Shown in pieces: positions 45,589 through 54,342 of a stretch of DNA of 64,000 bases. The stretch is from positions 19,068-83,067 of IMG/VR virus record IMGVR_UViG_3300031788_000005, one strand, 5' to 3'. The first letter of the stretch is position 1. Every line of letters begins with the position of its first letter. This stretch comes from a virus. The notes beneath the pieces were generated by a model. The model was given only the letters and a program-made list of their open reading frames with translations. It was not told the DNA's origin and made no database searches. The position numbers were made by a program, and so were the translations under genes.

Positions 45589-46528
45589 ATAAATTTGTTT
45601 TTCTAAAAATCAATTGATTTGAACCCAGAAAATCGGCCACAGATTTAGCTGCTGTTAGTTCGTCATTAAATCTTTTTGAAAATTGTATTTTTCCTTGTTT
45701 TTTAACATTAGCAATCCATTTATTCCTAGACGAACTAAACGAAACATAAAGATATTTAGATGGAAAAACACGACTTATAGGTGTGATTTTTTTAATCCTG
45801 TTTCGTCTTGAAAATCTGGAAATATTTTTCCAATCTATGTTATAATAGACGCACCATTTACGTAGGGTATTATCACTTATATTATATTGTTTAGCAATAG
45901 TTAAAATGGGATGTATCTTAATTAGAGCAATCAAATCCTCTTTGGATGGTCTTCTCTGCTTTCTTCGGTTTTCATTAGAGCAAATAGCACATATATCATT
46001 GTTAGAGTATCCTTTTGATGGTTTCCCACACTCCTTACAAAAATAATATTTTTTATGTTTTTTCCCTGCAAATGTTGATGTCTGACTATGACAATTTGGA
46101 CAAAGAAATTCAAGATTTTCAATTCTATCATCGTCAGAAACTCCATTTTTATGTTCTAATTGTAAGGAAAGTTTCAAATTATTCCATTGTCCTTCATTTG
46201 AGCACTTTGAGCATTTATAAGGCAATAAATTAAATTTAATTAAATATTTTTTAGTACTTACGCGTTTGTGTGGAGAATGTTCCACTAATCTAGTTAAAAA
46301 CTCGTCCTTTGAAACTTCTTTAGTTAATATCGAAGAATGAAGTCTGTTTAGAAAATGGGAAGAGTCTATATTTAGTTCCTTAATTCTATTTTTACAGGTT
46401 ACATAGTTTCCACCTTTATTTTCCATCCCAAAAAACTTTAACACTTGGGACATTGTTTGGCTTGTAAGAATTAGTTTCTTAAAATCTGGTTCTGGATATG
46501 ACCATATGATACTTGTTCTTTTTCGCAT
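45536..46528 (-). CDS. HNH homing endonuclease with HTH and AP2-like C-terminal domains
   Basis: C..C...W....L.LQLEHKNG...D.R.ENL.FLCPNCHSQT; start MRKRT after GTGTAAT. Confidence 0.88.
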   Translation of the reverse strand: MRKRTSIIWSYPEPDFKKLILTSQTMSQVLKFFGMENKGGNYVTCKNRIKELNIDSSHFLNRLHSSILTKEVSKDEFLTRLVEHSPHKRVSTKKYLIKFNLLPYKCSKCSNEGQWNNLKLSLQLEHKNGVSDDDRIENLEFLCPNCHSQTSTFAGKKHKKYYFCKECGKPSKGYSNNDICAICSNENRRKQRRPSKEDLIALIKIHPILTIAKQYNISDNTLRKWCVYYNIDWKNISRFSRRNRIKKITPISRVFPSKYLYVSFSSSRNKWIANVKKQGKIQFSKRFNDELTAAKSVADFLGSNQLIFRKTNLSVCREKVNPPALGAGTA

Positions 46529-46584
46529 ATAGTATATTATACACGAATAATGGTGAACTATGAAGTAGGGGTTCGATATAAATT

Positions 46585-46668
46585 TGGCAGCCCCGATTCG
46601 ATTTGCACGAATGATGTTTATATTTCGGTTCCAAAGACCGACGCGTTCGACTACTCCGCCACGGGGCA
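46585..46668 (-). tRNA. tRNA-Gln(TTG) with long variable region
   Basis: TCGGT-CTTTGGA-ACCGA; G73. Confidence 0.8.
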
Positions 46669-46954
46669 ATAAAATTTCGGGAGCAACGTGTTACTAAACT
46701 AATCTAGTAGACATGACCCCCATCACCATAAAGGTGAGAAGTAAATTAATCTTGTGGAAACAAAAATTTCGCAAGAGAATCGTTATGCTCGTTGACGATT
46801 GTGTTAGCGTGGTCTGGCCACATTGCTTTTCCGAGAGTTACTTCATCTGGAAATCCAAGACATTTAACAACGTCCGCAACATCGTAATCAGTACCGCGTT
46901 TAACGATTCGAACGCCCCATTTGTTATGACGGAAATATTGGTCGTTGGTCATCT

Positions 46955-47458
46955 TTATTTTTTAATAGGAAATTCCAAACAAACCTCTCCTCTATCAGAA
47001 TAGTATGCTCCATCTGTAATTGACGCCTTAGATTTGTAAGCTTTTTTCTTGGAACGGTCATTCAAAAACTCAGCCAAGCATTTTTCATTATGTAAATGAT
47101 ATTGTTTATCTATCCCATCTGGACCTTTTAGGGTAGCAGCAATGGAATCTTCCTTGTCGTCTTTATCTTTGGTGTCGATTGGACGTTTACAGTTGTCACA
47201 AATTGTTTGGATTTTTGCCTCAGCAGTATAAGAAGCGACTGCACTTTTTTGAGTTTCCATTTTCTTGTTGATAAACGACGCCATACAAGCCATATCACAA
47301 AATTCATGTTGTTTTTTATAAGTGGCACCATTTGCTTCTGGCTCGCTAAGAAGAGCAACAGATATGTTTTTATGACCTTCTGGATAATGTTGGCCGAGTT
47401 CAGCGCCGCATTGGTCACACGCAACTACTTGTCTCGCGAAAGATTCTAAATTATTCAT
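46955..47458 (-). CDS. tandem Zn-finger (TRASH/YHS-like) protein
   Basis: CDQC...HEFCDMAC and CDNC...HLHNEKC; start MNNLES after GTGTAAT. Confidence 0.55.
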   Translation of the reverse strand: MNNLESFARQVVACDQCGAELGQHYPEGHKNISVALLSEPEANGATYKKQHEFCDMACMASFINKKMETQKSAVASYTAEAKIQTICDNCKRPIDTKDKDDKEDSIAATLKGPDGIDKQYHLHNEKCLAEFLNDRSKKKAYKSKASITDGAYYSDRGEVCLEFPIKK

Positions 47459-47536
47459 ACAACAAGTATTACACGCAAAAATACCCAAATAAAAAGAAAA
47501 AATCATACATTATTACCATTTTTGTGCATAATATAT

Positions 47537-47634
47537 TGAATTGAAAATGATACCGACTAACCGTTTTAGCCGTCCTTATGTGCTCCTAAGAAGAGTGTCT
47601 CTGTTTATCAGTTTCAATTCACCATAAGGGCGGT
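47537..47634 (+). promoter_or_regulatory. pseudoknotted 5' UTR, copy 2
   Basis: TGAATTGAAA/TTTCAATTCA crossed with GCCGTCCTTATG/CATAAGGGCGGT, ending 4 nt before the ATG. Confidence 0.55.
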
Positions 47635-47638
47635 AATT

Positions 47639-48322
47639 ATGATTTTTAACGACCTGCCAAAAACCTTCGGAATATATAAATTTACCAACAAAATAAATGG
47701 TCGCATCTATATTGGTAAGTCTAATAATCTTCGGTATAGAATAAAACACCATTTAAGAAAAAGTGCTAATCAAGTAATAGATAGAGCTATAAAAAAATAT
47801 GGATTAGATAATTTTGATATTGAAATTATTGATACATTTGAAAATATTGACAATACGGAACTTCTAGCTTTAGAGACTTCGTATATTGAATATTTTGAAT
47901 CTTTGGTTGGTCAAAATGGATATAACATTTGCCTGTTTGGTTTGAATAATACAGGGTGTAAAGTTTCAAATGAAACTAAATATAAAATAAGCATCGCACA
48001 TTTTGGAAAAAAACTTTCTCAAGAACATCGTCGTAAAATTAGTTTAAGTAGTTTGGGTAGAAAGGCTTCGGAAGAAACAAAAATCAAAATATCCATATCC
48101 CGTTTAGGAGATAAAAATCCTAATAAAAAATGGAAAGCCTATGGAAATCCGACTTTTAACAAAAACATATATCATTTCCAAAACCGAATAACTAATGAAA
48201 CTTTTACCGGCTATCAATATGATTTTTATACAAAATACAATCTACGCTCAACAAATGTAAATAGAATTATAAGTGGTAAAGACAAATCATTTAAAAATTG
48301 GATATTTTTAGGCCGTCTTTAA
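47639..48322 (+). CDS. GIY-YIG homing endonuclease with NUMOD3 repeats
   Basis: GIYKFTNKINGRIYIGKS, AIKKYG, GYN, S.ETK.KIS repeats. Confidence 0.92.
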   Translation: MIFNDLPKTFGIYKFTNKINGRIYIGKSNNLRYRIKHHLRKSANQVIDRAIKKYGLDNFDIEIIDTFENIDNTELLALETSYIEYFESLVGQNGYNICLFGLNNTGCKVSNETKYKISIAHFGKKLSQEHRRKISLSSLGRKASEETKIKISISRLGDKNPNKKWKAYGNPTFNKNIYHFQNRITNETFTGYQYDFYTKYNLRSTNVNRIISGKDKSFKNWIFLGRL

Positions 48323-48850
48323 ACTAAGATTTTTCCTACCCACTTTGTCTGGCAGCGAGTATAAAAGAGAGTTAACTGAAAATTTTTCTCCCTTTAAACC
48401 TTCGTGACCATCCAACTCCTTGTGGCTACCCTTTTTAACGTATGCTAGGGTGGCATGAGCATGATAAATTGGATAAGTTGTTTGAATTGAATTTTTAAAT
48501 TTGTCTTTTAAAGCGTAGTGAAGTTTTTGAGCATCTGGACTAATTACTTCAGCCTTTAAAACATCATAATCTGGACATTCAAAACGGCTTACAGAGCCTA
48601 ATTCAAAAGCTATAGATTCTTGATTTTCCAGAAAAGCTTTAAGTGGTTCAGTTTCAAAATCAGGGTCAAAACCATAAAGTACCGTTACATGATACTCGGT
48701 CTCTTTGCCATCTCCCGCAAGATTACTATCAGAAATATGTTTGTCGCTAAAAGTAGTGAGTTTTTGTGACAAATCTTTGCTAATCATCGCCATTAAACAG
48801 CCCTTGGAAACTCCCTCCTTGGCGTAGGCCAGTAAATCAATTATTATCAT
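48308..48850 (-). CDS. 2H phosphodiesterase (T4 gp57B/Acb1- or LigT-like)
   Basis: Two HxT motifs: HVTVLYG and HATLAY. Confidence 0.8.
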   Translation of the reverse strand: MIIIDLLAYAKEGVSKGCLMAMISKDLSQKLTTFSDKHISDSNLAGDGKETEYHVTVLYGFDPDFETEPLKAFLENQESIAFELGSVSRFECPDYDVLKAEVISPDAQKLHYALKDKFKNSIQTTYPIYHAHATLAYVKKGSHKELDGHEGLKGEKFSVNSLLYSLPDKVGRKNLSLKTA

Positions 48851-48858
48851 ATATTATT

Positions 48859-49173
48859 TTACACTTTTAATAGCGGAAAATATTGAAAACATTCAGGCCA
48901 GTCAACGCGGGGACAAAAAACAATGGCAATTTCTTGATTATTTAAATTCGATTCGGTAACGATAACGTAGTCTTTTTGAGTCTTTAGCATTTCGAATTCG
49001 ATATCCCTTACTTCAACAACTACCTTGCGAAAAGACTGGGAGAGCCACTCTTGATAAACGGGGTCATTCCCGAATTTAAGATGCGCCATTAAAACGCCGT
49101 GTGCTGCTCCCAAAACTTTATGAGAAGGAAGGGACTTCTTAATACAGATGTACATTTTTAGATTATTTTTCAT
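48859..49173 (-). CDS. peptidyl-tRNA hydrolase, Pth2-like
   Basis: KMYICIK, AAHG, W....FRKVV, C-terminal F.PR...F..L. Confidence 0.75.
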   Translation of the reverse strand: MKNNLKMYICIKKSLPSHKVLGAAHGVLMAHLKFGNDPVYQEWLSQSFRKVVVEVRDIEFEMLKTQKDYVIVTESNLNNQEIAIVFCPRVDWPECFQYFPLLKV

Positions 49174-49424
49174 ATCAGCGTCAAACCAGTTGGGTCTTTT
49201 AAAGCTTTTACTAAATTTCTGGCTGAGTTTCTAGCATCTTTGCGAGTAGGGATTCTCAAGCCTTCAAGGACACTGCCTTTAGGAAAATGGGTAAGACCTT
49301 TGTATGGATTTTTTTGATTTGATTTCATAAAATTTTTGCTGGAAGTTAGTGTCCAGCGGCACTGATGCAATTCGCCTATGCAACTAAGCTGGCCGATTAC
49401 TAACTCATCGGACCACTCGGAGAT

Positions 49425-49500
49425 TGGTATTGCCGACCAGAGTCGCACTGGCTAGGAATAGCTTGAAAGGCTACTTACTCCACTCTTTGTATTCAGCAAC
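49425..49500 (-). tRNA. tRNA-Glu(TTC)
   Basis: GTAGC-CTTTCAA-GCTAT. Confidence 0.75.
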
Positions 49501-49505
49501 ATAAA

Positions 49506-49886
49506 TTATTTTTTATCCTCATATAGAGTGACGTAATTCTTTCCATATTTTTTGATTGTGTAATCTAGAAAAGGCTTCATGTCTTTTTGGAAAATTACTT
49601 TGAGTTTTCCCTTAAATTGTGAAATTTTTTCTTTATTTTTAGGGGTTAACCATCCTTTTATCTCCACATATTCGTCGTTAATTTTAAAATCGGGATAAAA
49701 TTTAAATGTTCTGCCTTCAAAAACATAATCAAATCCAAAAGTATTTCTTGTAAATAAAATTCCATGTTCGATATTGTAAATAACCCAAGCCAATTCCCAA
49801 GAACTATTACAATAATAACCTTTATACCAACCCATGTGGCCCCGGCCAGCCTTTTCCCTGTATCCTCCGCGATTAGAATAATCCAT
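49506..49886 (-). CDS. PD-(D/E)XK endonuclease (TnsA-like), probably 5'-truncated
   Basis: SSWE, YPDF, VEIKGW; an in-frame KFCSREC Zn-finger remnant upstream runs into the tRNA. Confidence 0.75.
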   Translation of the reverse strand: MDYSNRGGYREKAGRGHMGWYKGYYCNSSWELAWVIYNIEHGILFTRNTFGFDYVFEGRTFKFYPDFKINDEYVEIKGWLTPKNKEKISQFKGKLKVIFQKDMKPFLDYTIKKYGKNYVTLYEDKK

Positions 49887-49981
49887 TCCCTTCCGTGTGC
49901 ATTCACGGGAACAAAATTTTCGTTTACCGTCAAAATAATCAGCAAACCTTTTGTGACAATAATGATTTTGATTGATAATAT

Positions 49982-50057
49982 TGGTAGGGTTAGCTGGTTT
50001 TGCGCCAATGCGTTTAAACTTTGAGAAAGTTTCGTGCTACTATTACACCATAACCCC
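49982..50057 (-). tRNA. tRNA-Glu(CTC)
   Basis: AAACT-TTCTCAA-AGTTT; bulged T stem. Confidence 0.7.
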
Positions 50058-50059
50058 AT

Positions 50060-50097
50060 AAAAAAGCCCGCGTTGCTACTTTTACACTATACTGCTA
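50060..50097 (-). pseudogene. orphan 5' half of a tRNA (TTT-like loop)
   Basis: AGCAGTA-TA-GTGTAAAAGTAGCAAC-GCGGG-CTTTTTA, then directly the next tRNA. Confidence 0.4.
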
Positions 50098-50184
50098 CAT
50101 TAGTCTAGCTTCTTTGTCCTCGACGGACGCCATTTAATGCAACTGTGTATTCGGTATTGCGCCGAATCCTCGGGACGATTGATA

Positions 50185-50252
50185 GCCAGTGTGCTGCCGC
50201 TGCACCAATACCGGCGAGGCCGGTATGTGGGATTCGAACCCACGTCTCTGAC
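50185..50252 (-). ncRNA. circularly permuted tRNA domain (YrlA/Y RNA-like)
   Basis: GTCAG, GTGGG-TTCGAAT-CCCAC, ATACCGGC-CTC-GCCGGTAT, GTGC-AGCGGCA-GCAC, CTGGC. Confidence 0.8.
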
Positions 50253-50328
50253 ACGATTGGACACCAGTGATTCATTAAAGAATTCTCCAAGTTAAAGGCT
50301 TGGCATGTTTCCATAGGCTGGTGAAATT

Positions 50329-50418
50329 TGGTGCAACCGGAGGGACTCGCACCCACGATGGAGCTATTAGCTCACAAGATTAAAAGTCTTGTCCTTTCGC
50401 TGCTAAGGGAACGATTGC
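50329..50418 (-). tRNA. tRNA-Lys(TTT) with a type II-like variable arm
   Basis: CAAGA-CTTTTAA-TCTTG; GAGCT-AAT-AGCTC arm. Confidence 0.8.
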
Positions 50419-50425
50419 ATTAAAT

Positions 50426-50503
50426 TGGTAGCGCAAGTGGCTTGAGGAACCACAACCTATCCCCTATCAAGGGAGTACTCTTACTCATTTGAGTTACTGC
50501 GCC
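50426..50503 (-). tRNA. tRNA-Ile(GAT)
   Basis: TCCC-TTGATAG-GGGA. Confidence 0.8.
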
Positions 50504-50521
50504 ATAAATTAATTAACTCTT

Positions 50522-50631
50522 TGGTTGTTTTCGGACGACTACTCTTGATGCCTCTCAAGTCGATTCAGACGTTACGGATTCAAAGTCCGTCACAACCTGT
50601 CTCTGCCCCGTCTATGCTATTCGAATAACAT
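50522..50631 (-). ncRNA. enlarged tRNA-like RNA with a Gln(TTG) anticodon hairpin
   Basis: ACGGA-CTTTGAA-TCCGT; TGTT-A-TTCG/CGAA-AACA-ACCA. Confidence 0.45.
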
Positions 50632-50658
50632 ATTCAGCCTCTTTTCCGTGAGTTAAAA

Positions 50659-50732
50659 TGGTGGGGTGTATAGGAATCGCACCTATGTTACGAAAGTGTC
50701 ATTCTCGTGTCCTAACTACTAGACTAACTCCC
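50659..50732 (-). tRNA. tRNA-Val(GAC)
   Basis: CGAGA-ATGACAC-TTTCG. Confidence 0.7.
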
Positions 50733-50737
50733 CGAAA

Positions 50738-50800
50738 TTGGTGAGTCCCAAGTTTCTAAACTTGGCCAGTCTCCTATTCGAAGAATGGCTTTTAAGACCC
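50738..50800 (-). ncRNA. approx. 63-nt mini tRNA-like RNA
   Basis: GGGTC/GACTC-ACCA, CCAAG/CTTGG T-like arm, one further hairpin. Confidence 0.45.
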
Positions 50801-50806
50801 ATAAAT

Positions 50807-50886
50807 TGGTCGCGGCGATGGGTACTGCCCCCACACGAATATTCCGATTAAAAGTCGGCTGCACGTTCTTTGGTAGCTTCACCGCG
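50807..50886 (-). tRNA. tRNA-Lys(TTT), second copy
   Basis: CCGA-CTTTTAA-TCGG. Confidence 0.75.
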
Positions 50887-50892
50887 AAAAAT

Positions 50893-50966
50893 TGGTTCCG
50901 AACCTTGGTAACGCTCCAAGTCTTAATGGGTAACAACCATTTGTGCGACTTTCACACTCGTAGGGA
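50893..50966 (-). tRNA. tRNA-Asn(GTT)
   Basis: AATGG-TTGTTAC-CCATT; mismatched acceptor. Confidence 0.75.
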
Positions 50967-51061
50967 ATAAAAAAAATCAATGCAAATAACCACACCTAGA
51001 TATTAGGCTACAAGTATATCGAGTCCTTGACGGCTCTTACGAAATCCGCCTTGCATTAAAT

Positions 51062-51149
51062 TGGCTCTAGAGGCTTGAGTTGAACAAGCAGTGCTTTTTA
51101 AAGCGGTGGATTAACAATCCACTGAGTTTACCAATTCTTCTACTCTAGA
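51062..51149 (-). tRNA. tRNA-Asn(GTT) with long variable arm
   Basis: GTGGA-TTGTTAA-TCCAC; GCTTT/AAAGC arm; G73. Confidence 0.85.
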
Positions 51150-51156
51150 ACCAATT

Positions 51157-51450
51157 TTACTTGCTGACCTCATTTTTGACTATACACTCATTTGCTGGGG
51201 AATTTAGCAGCGTGGCGTCCAAGCCTTTTATGTTCCCTCTATCTTATCACTAAGATGCAAAATTTACCCTAACGATTGAATAATTGCTACACGGCCAAGC
51301 TCATAATCGCATTATGAAGTATTAACGACAAATCTCCTTCTCTATGTGCGTTTTTAAAATGGACGAAAACGCTGACTACTTACGATATACCCTTTGGGGC
51401 CGTCGTCCCATGGGCTAGGGAATTAATTCCCGCAATGACAGACCAAGTAA
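51157..51450 (-). ncRNA. approx. 294-nt unknown structured RNA
   Basis: TTACTTG..CTG/CAG-CAAGTAA closing stem; several hairpins; no ORF. Confidence 0.5.
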
Positions 51451-51494
51451 ATTAAATTTTTGTCTTCACTACATTTCAAGTGTAATAACAATAT

Positions 51495-51902
51495 GTGAGA
51501 GAAAAAATATTACAATTACGAAAAGAAGGTAAAACATTCAGAGAAATACAAAAACTTGTTCCATGTAGCGCATCAACAGTTTGGTATCATTGTGGAAAAG
51601 GCGCAAAGGAAAAACATAGAAGACAAAAAAGGAAAAACTATGCTCGTATTCAAATAGAGATAAAATCTCACTTCGAAGGAAAATGCAAAATTTGTGGATA
51701 TAATAAATGTTTGTCAGCTCTGGAATTTCATCATCTCGATTCCTCTAAAAAGGAAAAAACAGTATCTAGGTTTATCCAAGCTGGTTCAAAAAGTAAAGCC
51801 TATAAAGAAGCAGAAAAATGTATTCTAATATGTGCTAATTGCCATAGAGAATTACATGAAAACGAAAAGCTTATTCGCCATCCTACAATGACAGACCATT
51901 AA
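51495..51902 (+). CDS. HNH endonuclease with N-terminal HTH
   Basis: CKICGYNKC.SALEFHH.D, C.LICANCHRELH. Confidence 0.85.
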   Translation: MREKILQLRKEGKTFREIQKLVPCSASTVWYHCGKGAKEKHRRQKRKNYARIQIEIKSHFEGKCKICGYNKCLSALEFHHLDSSKKEKTVSRFIQAGSKSKAYKEAEKCILICANCHRELHENEKLIRHPTMTDH

Positions 51903-51983
51903 TTTAAAACAGTTTCGCCTCCCTATAACACTATAGACTTTATTTTTTCTTAACCAGCGCGATTGCTGGTGAGGTTACTAAAT

Positions 51984-52058
51984 TGGAGCACTTGGGGAAT
52001 TTTGAAATCCCGACGTTCACTTTGGAAGAGTGACACTCTGCCTCTGAGTTACAAGTGC
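51984..52058 (-). tRNA. tRNA-Gly(TCC)
   Basis: TCACT-CTTCCAA-AGTGA; U73. Confidence 0.9.
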
Positions 52059-52063
52059 ATAAA

Positions 52064-52136
52064 TGGATGCAGCGATTGGGATTGCACCAATGGAGTTCGT
52101 CTTATGAGGGCGAATTGAATACTAATTCTCACTGCG
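52064..52136 (-). tRNA. tRNA-Met(CAT), initiator-like
   Basis: C1:A72 mismatch; loop CTCATAA. Confidence 0.7.
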
Positions 52137-52219
52137 ATAAAAAATGGTCGTAAAAACTATTAAAGTAATCTCAAAAATCATCTTTCTCTTTGAGTTTACT
52201 TTTGTGTATCTATTAATAT

Positions 52220-52744
52220 ATGAAAAATAAATATACCAAAGAACAAGTAGAAAACGCGGTTTTAGAATCTAAATGTTATTCAGATGTTTTTAGAAATTTA
52301 GGACTTAAAATAAATGGTGGTTCTTATCATTGGATTAAAAATTTAATAAAAAAACATGATATAAATATTACTCATTTCTTAACATCAAAAGAATTATTTA
52401 AATTAAATCATTTTATTAAAAAAACTAATTTTTTGGGTATACAAAAAATTGAATCTAATCAACGCATCAGAGCTAAAAAACTTAGAAAATTTATGTTAGA
52501 TAATAATGTTGATTATAAATGTAACATTTGTAATATTTTAGAATGGCTCGGGAAACCTATGACGCTAGATATAGACCACATTGACGAAAATTGTCTAAAT
52601 AATCAAATTGAAAATCTTCAATTTCTTTGTCCAAATTGTCATAGACAGAAGACTCAATTAAAATTAAATGGTTGCGTTCGCCAGAATCGGACTGGTCCTT
52701 TGCCTTATGAGGACAACGTGCGCCATTACACTCCCACGCAATAA
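52220..52744 (+). CDS. HNH endonuclease
   Basis: CNIC...WLGKP.TLDIDHID....NN.IENLQFLCPNCHRQ. Confidence 0.88.
   Translation: MKNKYTKEQVENAVLESKCYSDVFRNLGLKINGGSYHWIKNLIKKHDINITHFLTSKELFKLNHFIKKTNFLGIQKIESNQRIRAKKLRKFMLDNNVDYKCNICNILEWLGKPMTLDIDHIDENCLNNQIENLQFLCPNCHRQKTQLKLNGCVRQNRTGPLPYEDNVRHYTPTQ
52669..52740 (-). tRNA. tRNA-Met(CAT)
   Basis: TTGTC-CTCATAA-GGCAA. Confidence 0.75.
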
Positions 52745-52746
52745 AT

Positions 52747-52822
52747 TGGTCGCTTTCACAAGACTTCTTCCTTGTATTTCCAGCCTCATTGCTGGTGTCC
52801 TAGAATTTTAGACGATACGGCG
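52747..52822 (-). pseudogene. degenerate tRNA-like gene
   Basis: D and T arms and CCA present, but a 6-nt anticodon loop and broken acceptor. Confidence 0.5.
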
Positions 52823-52827
52823 ATAAA

Positions 52828-52903
52828 TGGTACAGGCGGTGGGACTCGCACCCACGAAAACTCCGCCCCAAACGGAGTGGCATAGCTACTAACCGACGCC
52901 TAT
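52828..52903 (-). tRNA. tRNA-Pro(TGG)
   Basis: CTCCG-TTTGGGG-CGGAG. Confidence 0.75.
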
Positions 52904-52974
52904 AAATTTTAAAATGTTAGTCCCATTTATTCTTTGACGAGAAAATAATGGTTCGGTACTCAACTAGCATAAAT

Positions 52975-53052
52975 TGGAAGTCAGTTTCGGTAACGCTCCG
53001 AATATACGAGCAGGTTTGCAATCTGCGGGGTTTTCTTACTCCCTCACTGACT
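52975..53052 (-). tRNA. tRNA-Cys(GCA)
   Basis: GCAG-A-TTGCAAA-C-CTGC; U73. Confidence 0.85.
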
Positions 53053-53061
53053 ATTATAAAA

Positions 53062-53138
53062 TGGCGGACATGACCGGACCTGCCCCGGCTTAATCATCGT
53101 TGACAACGATGCGATTCGACTCCTTCATCTTCATATCC
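53062..53138 (-). tRNA. tRNA-Asp(GTC)
   Basis: CATCG-TTGTCAA-CGATG; G73. Confidence 0.85.
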
Positions 53139-53144
53139 ATAAAT

Positions 53145-53235
53145 TGGTGCATCCAGAAGGATTTCCACCTTCACGCTACTATTACTTCGCAACAGAGTCT
53201 AAATCTGTCATGGCTGGTTGTTTCATCATGGATGC
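53145..53235 (-). tRNA. tRNA-Leu(TAG)
   Basis: ACAGA-TTTAGAC-TCTGT; long variable arm. Confidence 0.85.
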
Positions 53236-54285
53236 ATTTCTTAAAATTAACTTATCAGAATTAAAATATTTTGCAATCGCTTCTGCTGCCTCCAACTCTG
53301 TTTCTCCTCTCTTAAAAAATAATGCTTTGCCGTTTTTTCTCACAATGGCTCTCCATTTAGAATTTCCTTTATCAACTTGAACATAAGCATATTGAGACGC
53401 CCTAATCACTTTTTCTTTGACTGATTTGGGGTTCGCTTTTTTATAAAAATGAGAAAATGGAGACAAACTTTTATAGTCTATTTGATAATCTTCGCACCAA
53501 CGGACAATTGCGTTGCCGGTTAAGTTAAAACTTTTCGCTATTTGCGAGAACGACTTTCCCTTTATTAAAGAAATTAATTCATTTTTTGATGGCCTAATTA
53601 CTTTACGCTTATTTAATCTAGGGGCAGTTCTCCAGAATGGATTAGGAATATATTTTAATTTATCCTCTCTCGTTGGAGCTTTTAAAAATTCCAGATTGTA
53701 TTTTTCTTTAATCTTCTTGATTCTGTTATGAGATTTCCCATAAAGATTTCTTCCTAATTTTCTTAATACGTCGGTTGCCGAGTAAGATGTTTTAATGGCT
53801 TCTACTAAGACCTGTTCGTCAACCGGTTTTGAGATTTTTCTGATTCCAAAGTTGGTTGTTTTTGAATGGCAATTTGGGCATAAAATCTGTAAATTTTCCA
53901 AATGATTATTATGATGATTCCCGTCTTTGTGGTGAAGTTCTAGTGGAATATCGTCTCCTAGCCATGATGTATTTGAGCATACTTCGCACTTCCTTTCTTT
54001 TATCTGTTCGTCAAAAAGGCGGAACTTTAATGGGTTAGAGTTAATCCTCCTTTTTCCATTAAAATAATCAGAAATTGGATATTTGAATCCAAATATGCCG
54101 CCTCTCCTACTAGCTTGCCCTAAAAAATGAGAATCATCTAAATTAAACTTTTTAATTGTGTTGTAGATTTTTTTATAATTCTCCCCTCCGCGTTCATACA
54201 TCCCCATTGCTTTAAGAATTGCGGCTACTGATTTTAATTGTTTTTGTTGAATTAACTTGACAGCTTCTTGTTCGTTATATTTCAT
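53182..54285 (-). CDS. HNH homing endonuclease with HTH and AP2-like domains (paralog of 45536-46528)
   Basis: CEVC...WLG..IPLELHHKDG...NN.LENLQILCPNCHS; RPSK.ELI.LIK; SQY.YV...KW.A. Confidence 0.9.
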   Translation of the reverse strand: MKYNEQEAVKLIQQKQLKSVAAILKAMGMYERGGENYKKIYNTIKKFNLDDSHFLGQASRRGGIFGFKYPISDYFNGKRRINSNPLKFRLFDEQIKERKCEVCSNTSWLGDDIPLELHHKDGNHHNNHLENLQILCPNCHSKTTNFGIRKISKPVDEQVLVEAIKTSYSATDVLRKLGRNLYGKSHNRIKKIKEKYNLEFLKAPTREDKLKYIPNPFWRTAPRLNKRKVIRPSKNELISLIKGKSFSQIAKSFNLTGNAIVRWCEDYQIDYKSLSPFSHFYKKANPKSVKEKVIRASQYAYVQVDKGNSKWRAIVRKNGKALFFKRGETELEAAEAIAKYFNSDKLILRNASMMKQPAMTDLDSVAK

Positions 54286-54342
54286 AAGACACTCTTTAAG
54301 ATATTATACCGCTGATTGTGCTAAAATTACAATATATTTAAA

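Noticed and set aside
51157-51450. RNase P RNA or group I intron
   Set aside because: AACATAAAAGGCTT resembles CR-V but no CR-I partner is seen; no P7 core or interrupted host gene is recognisable.
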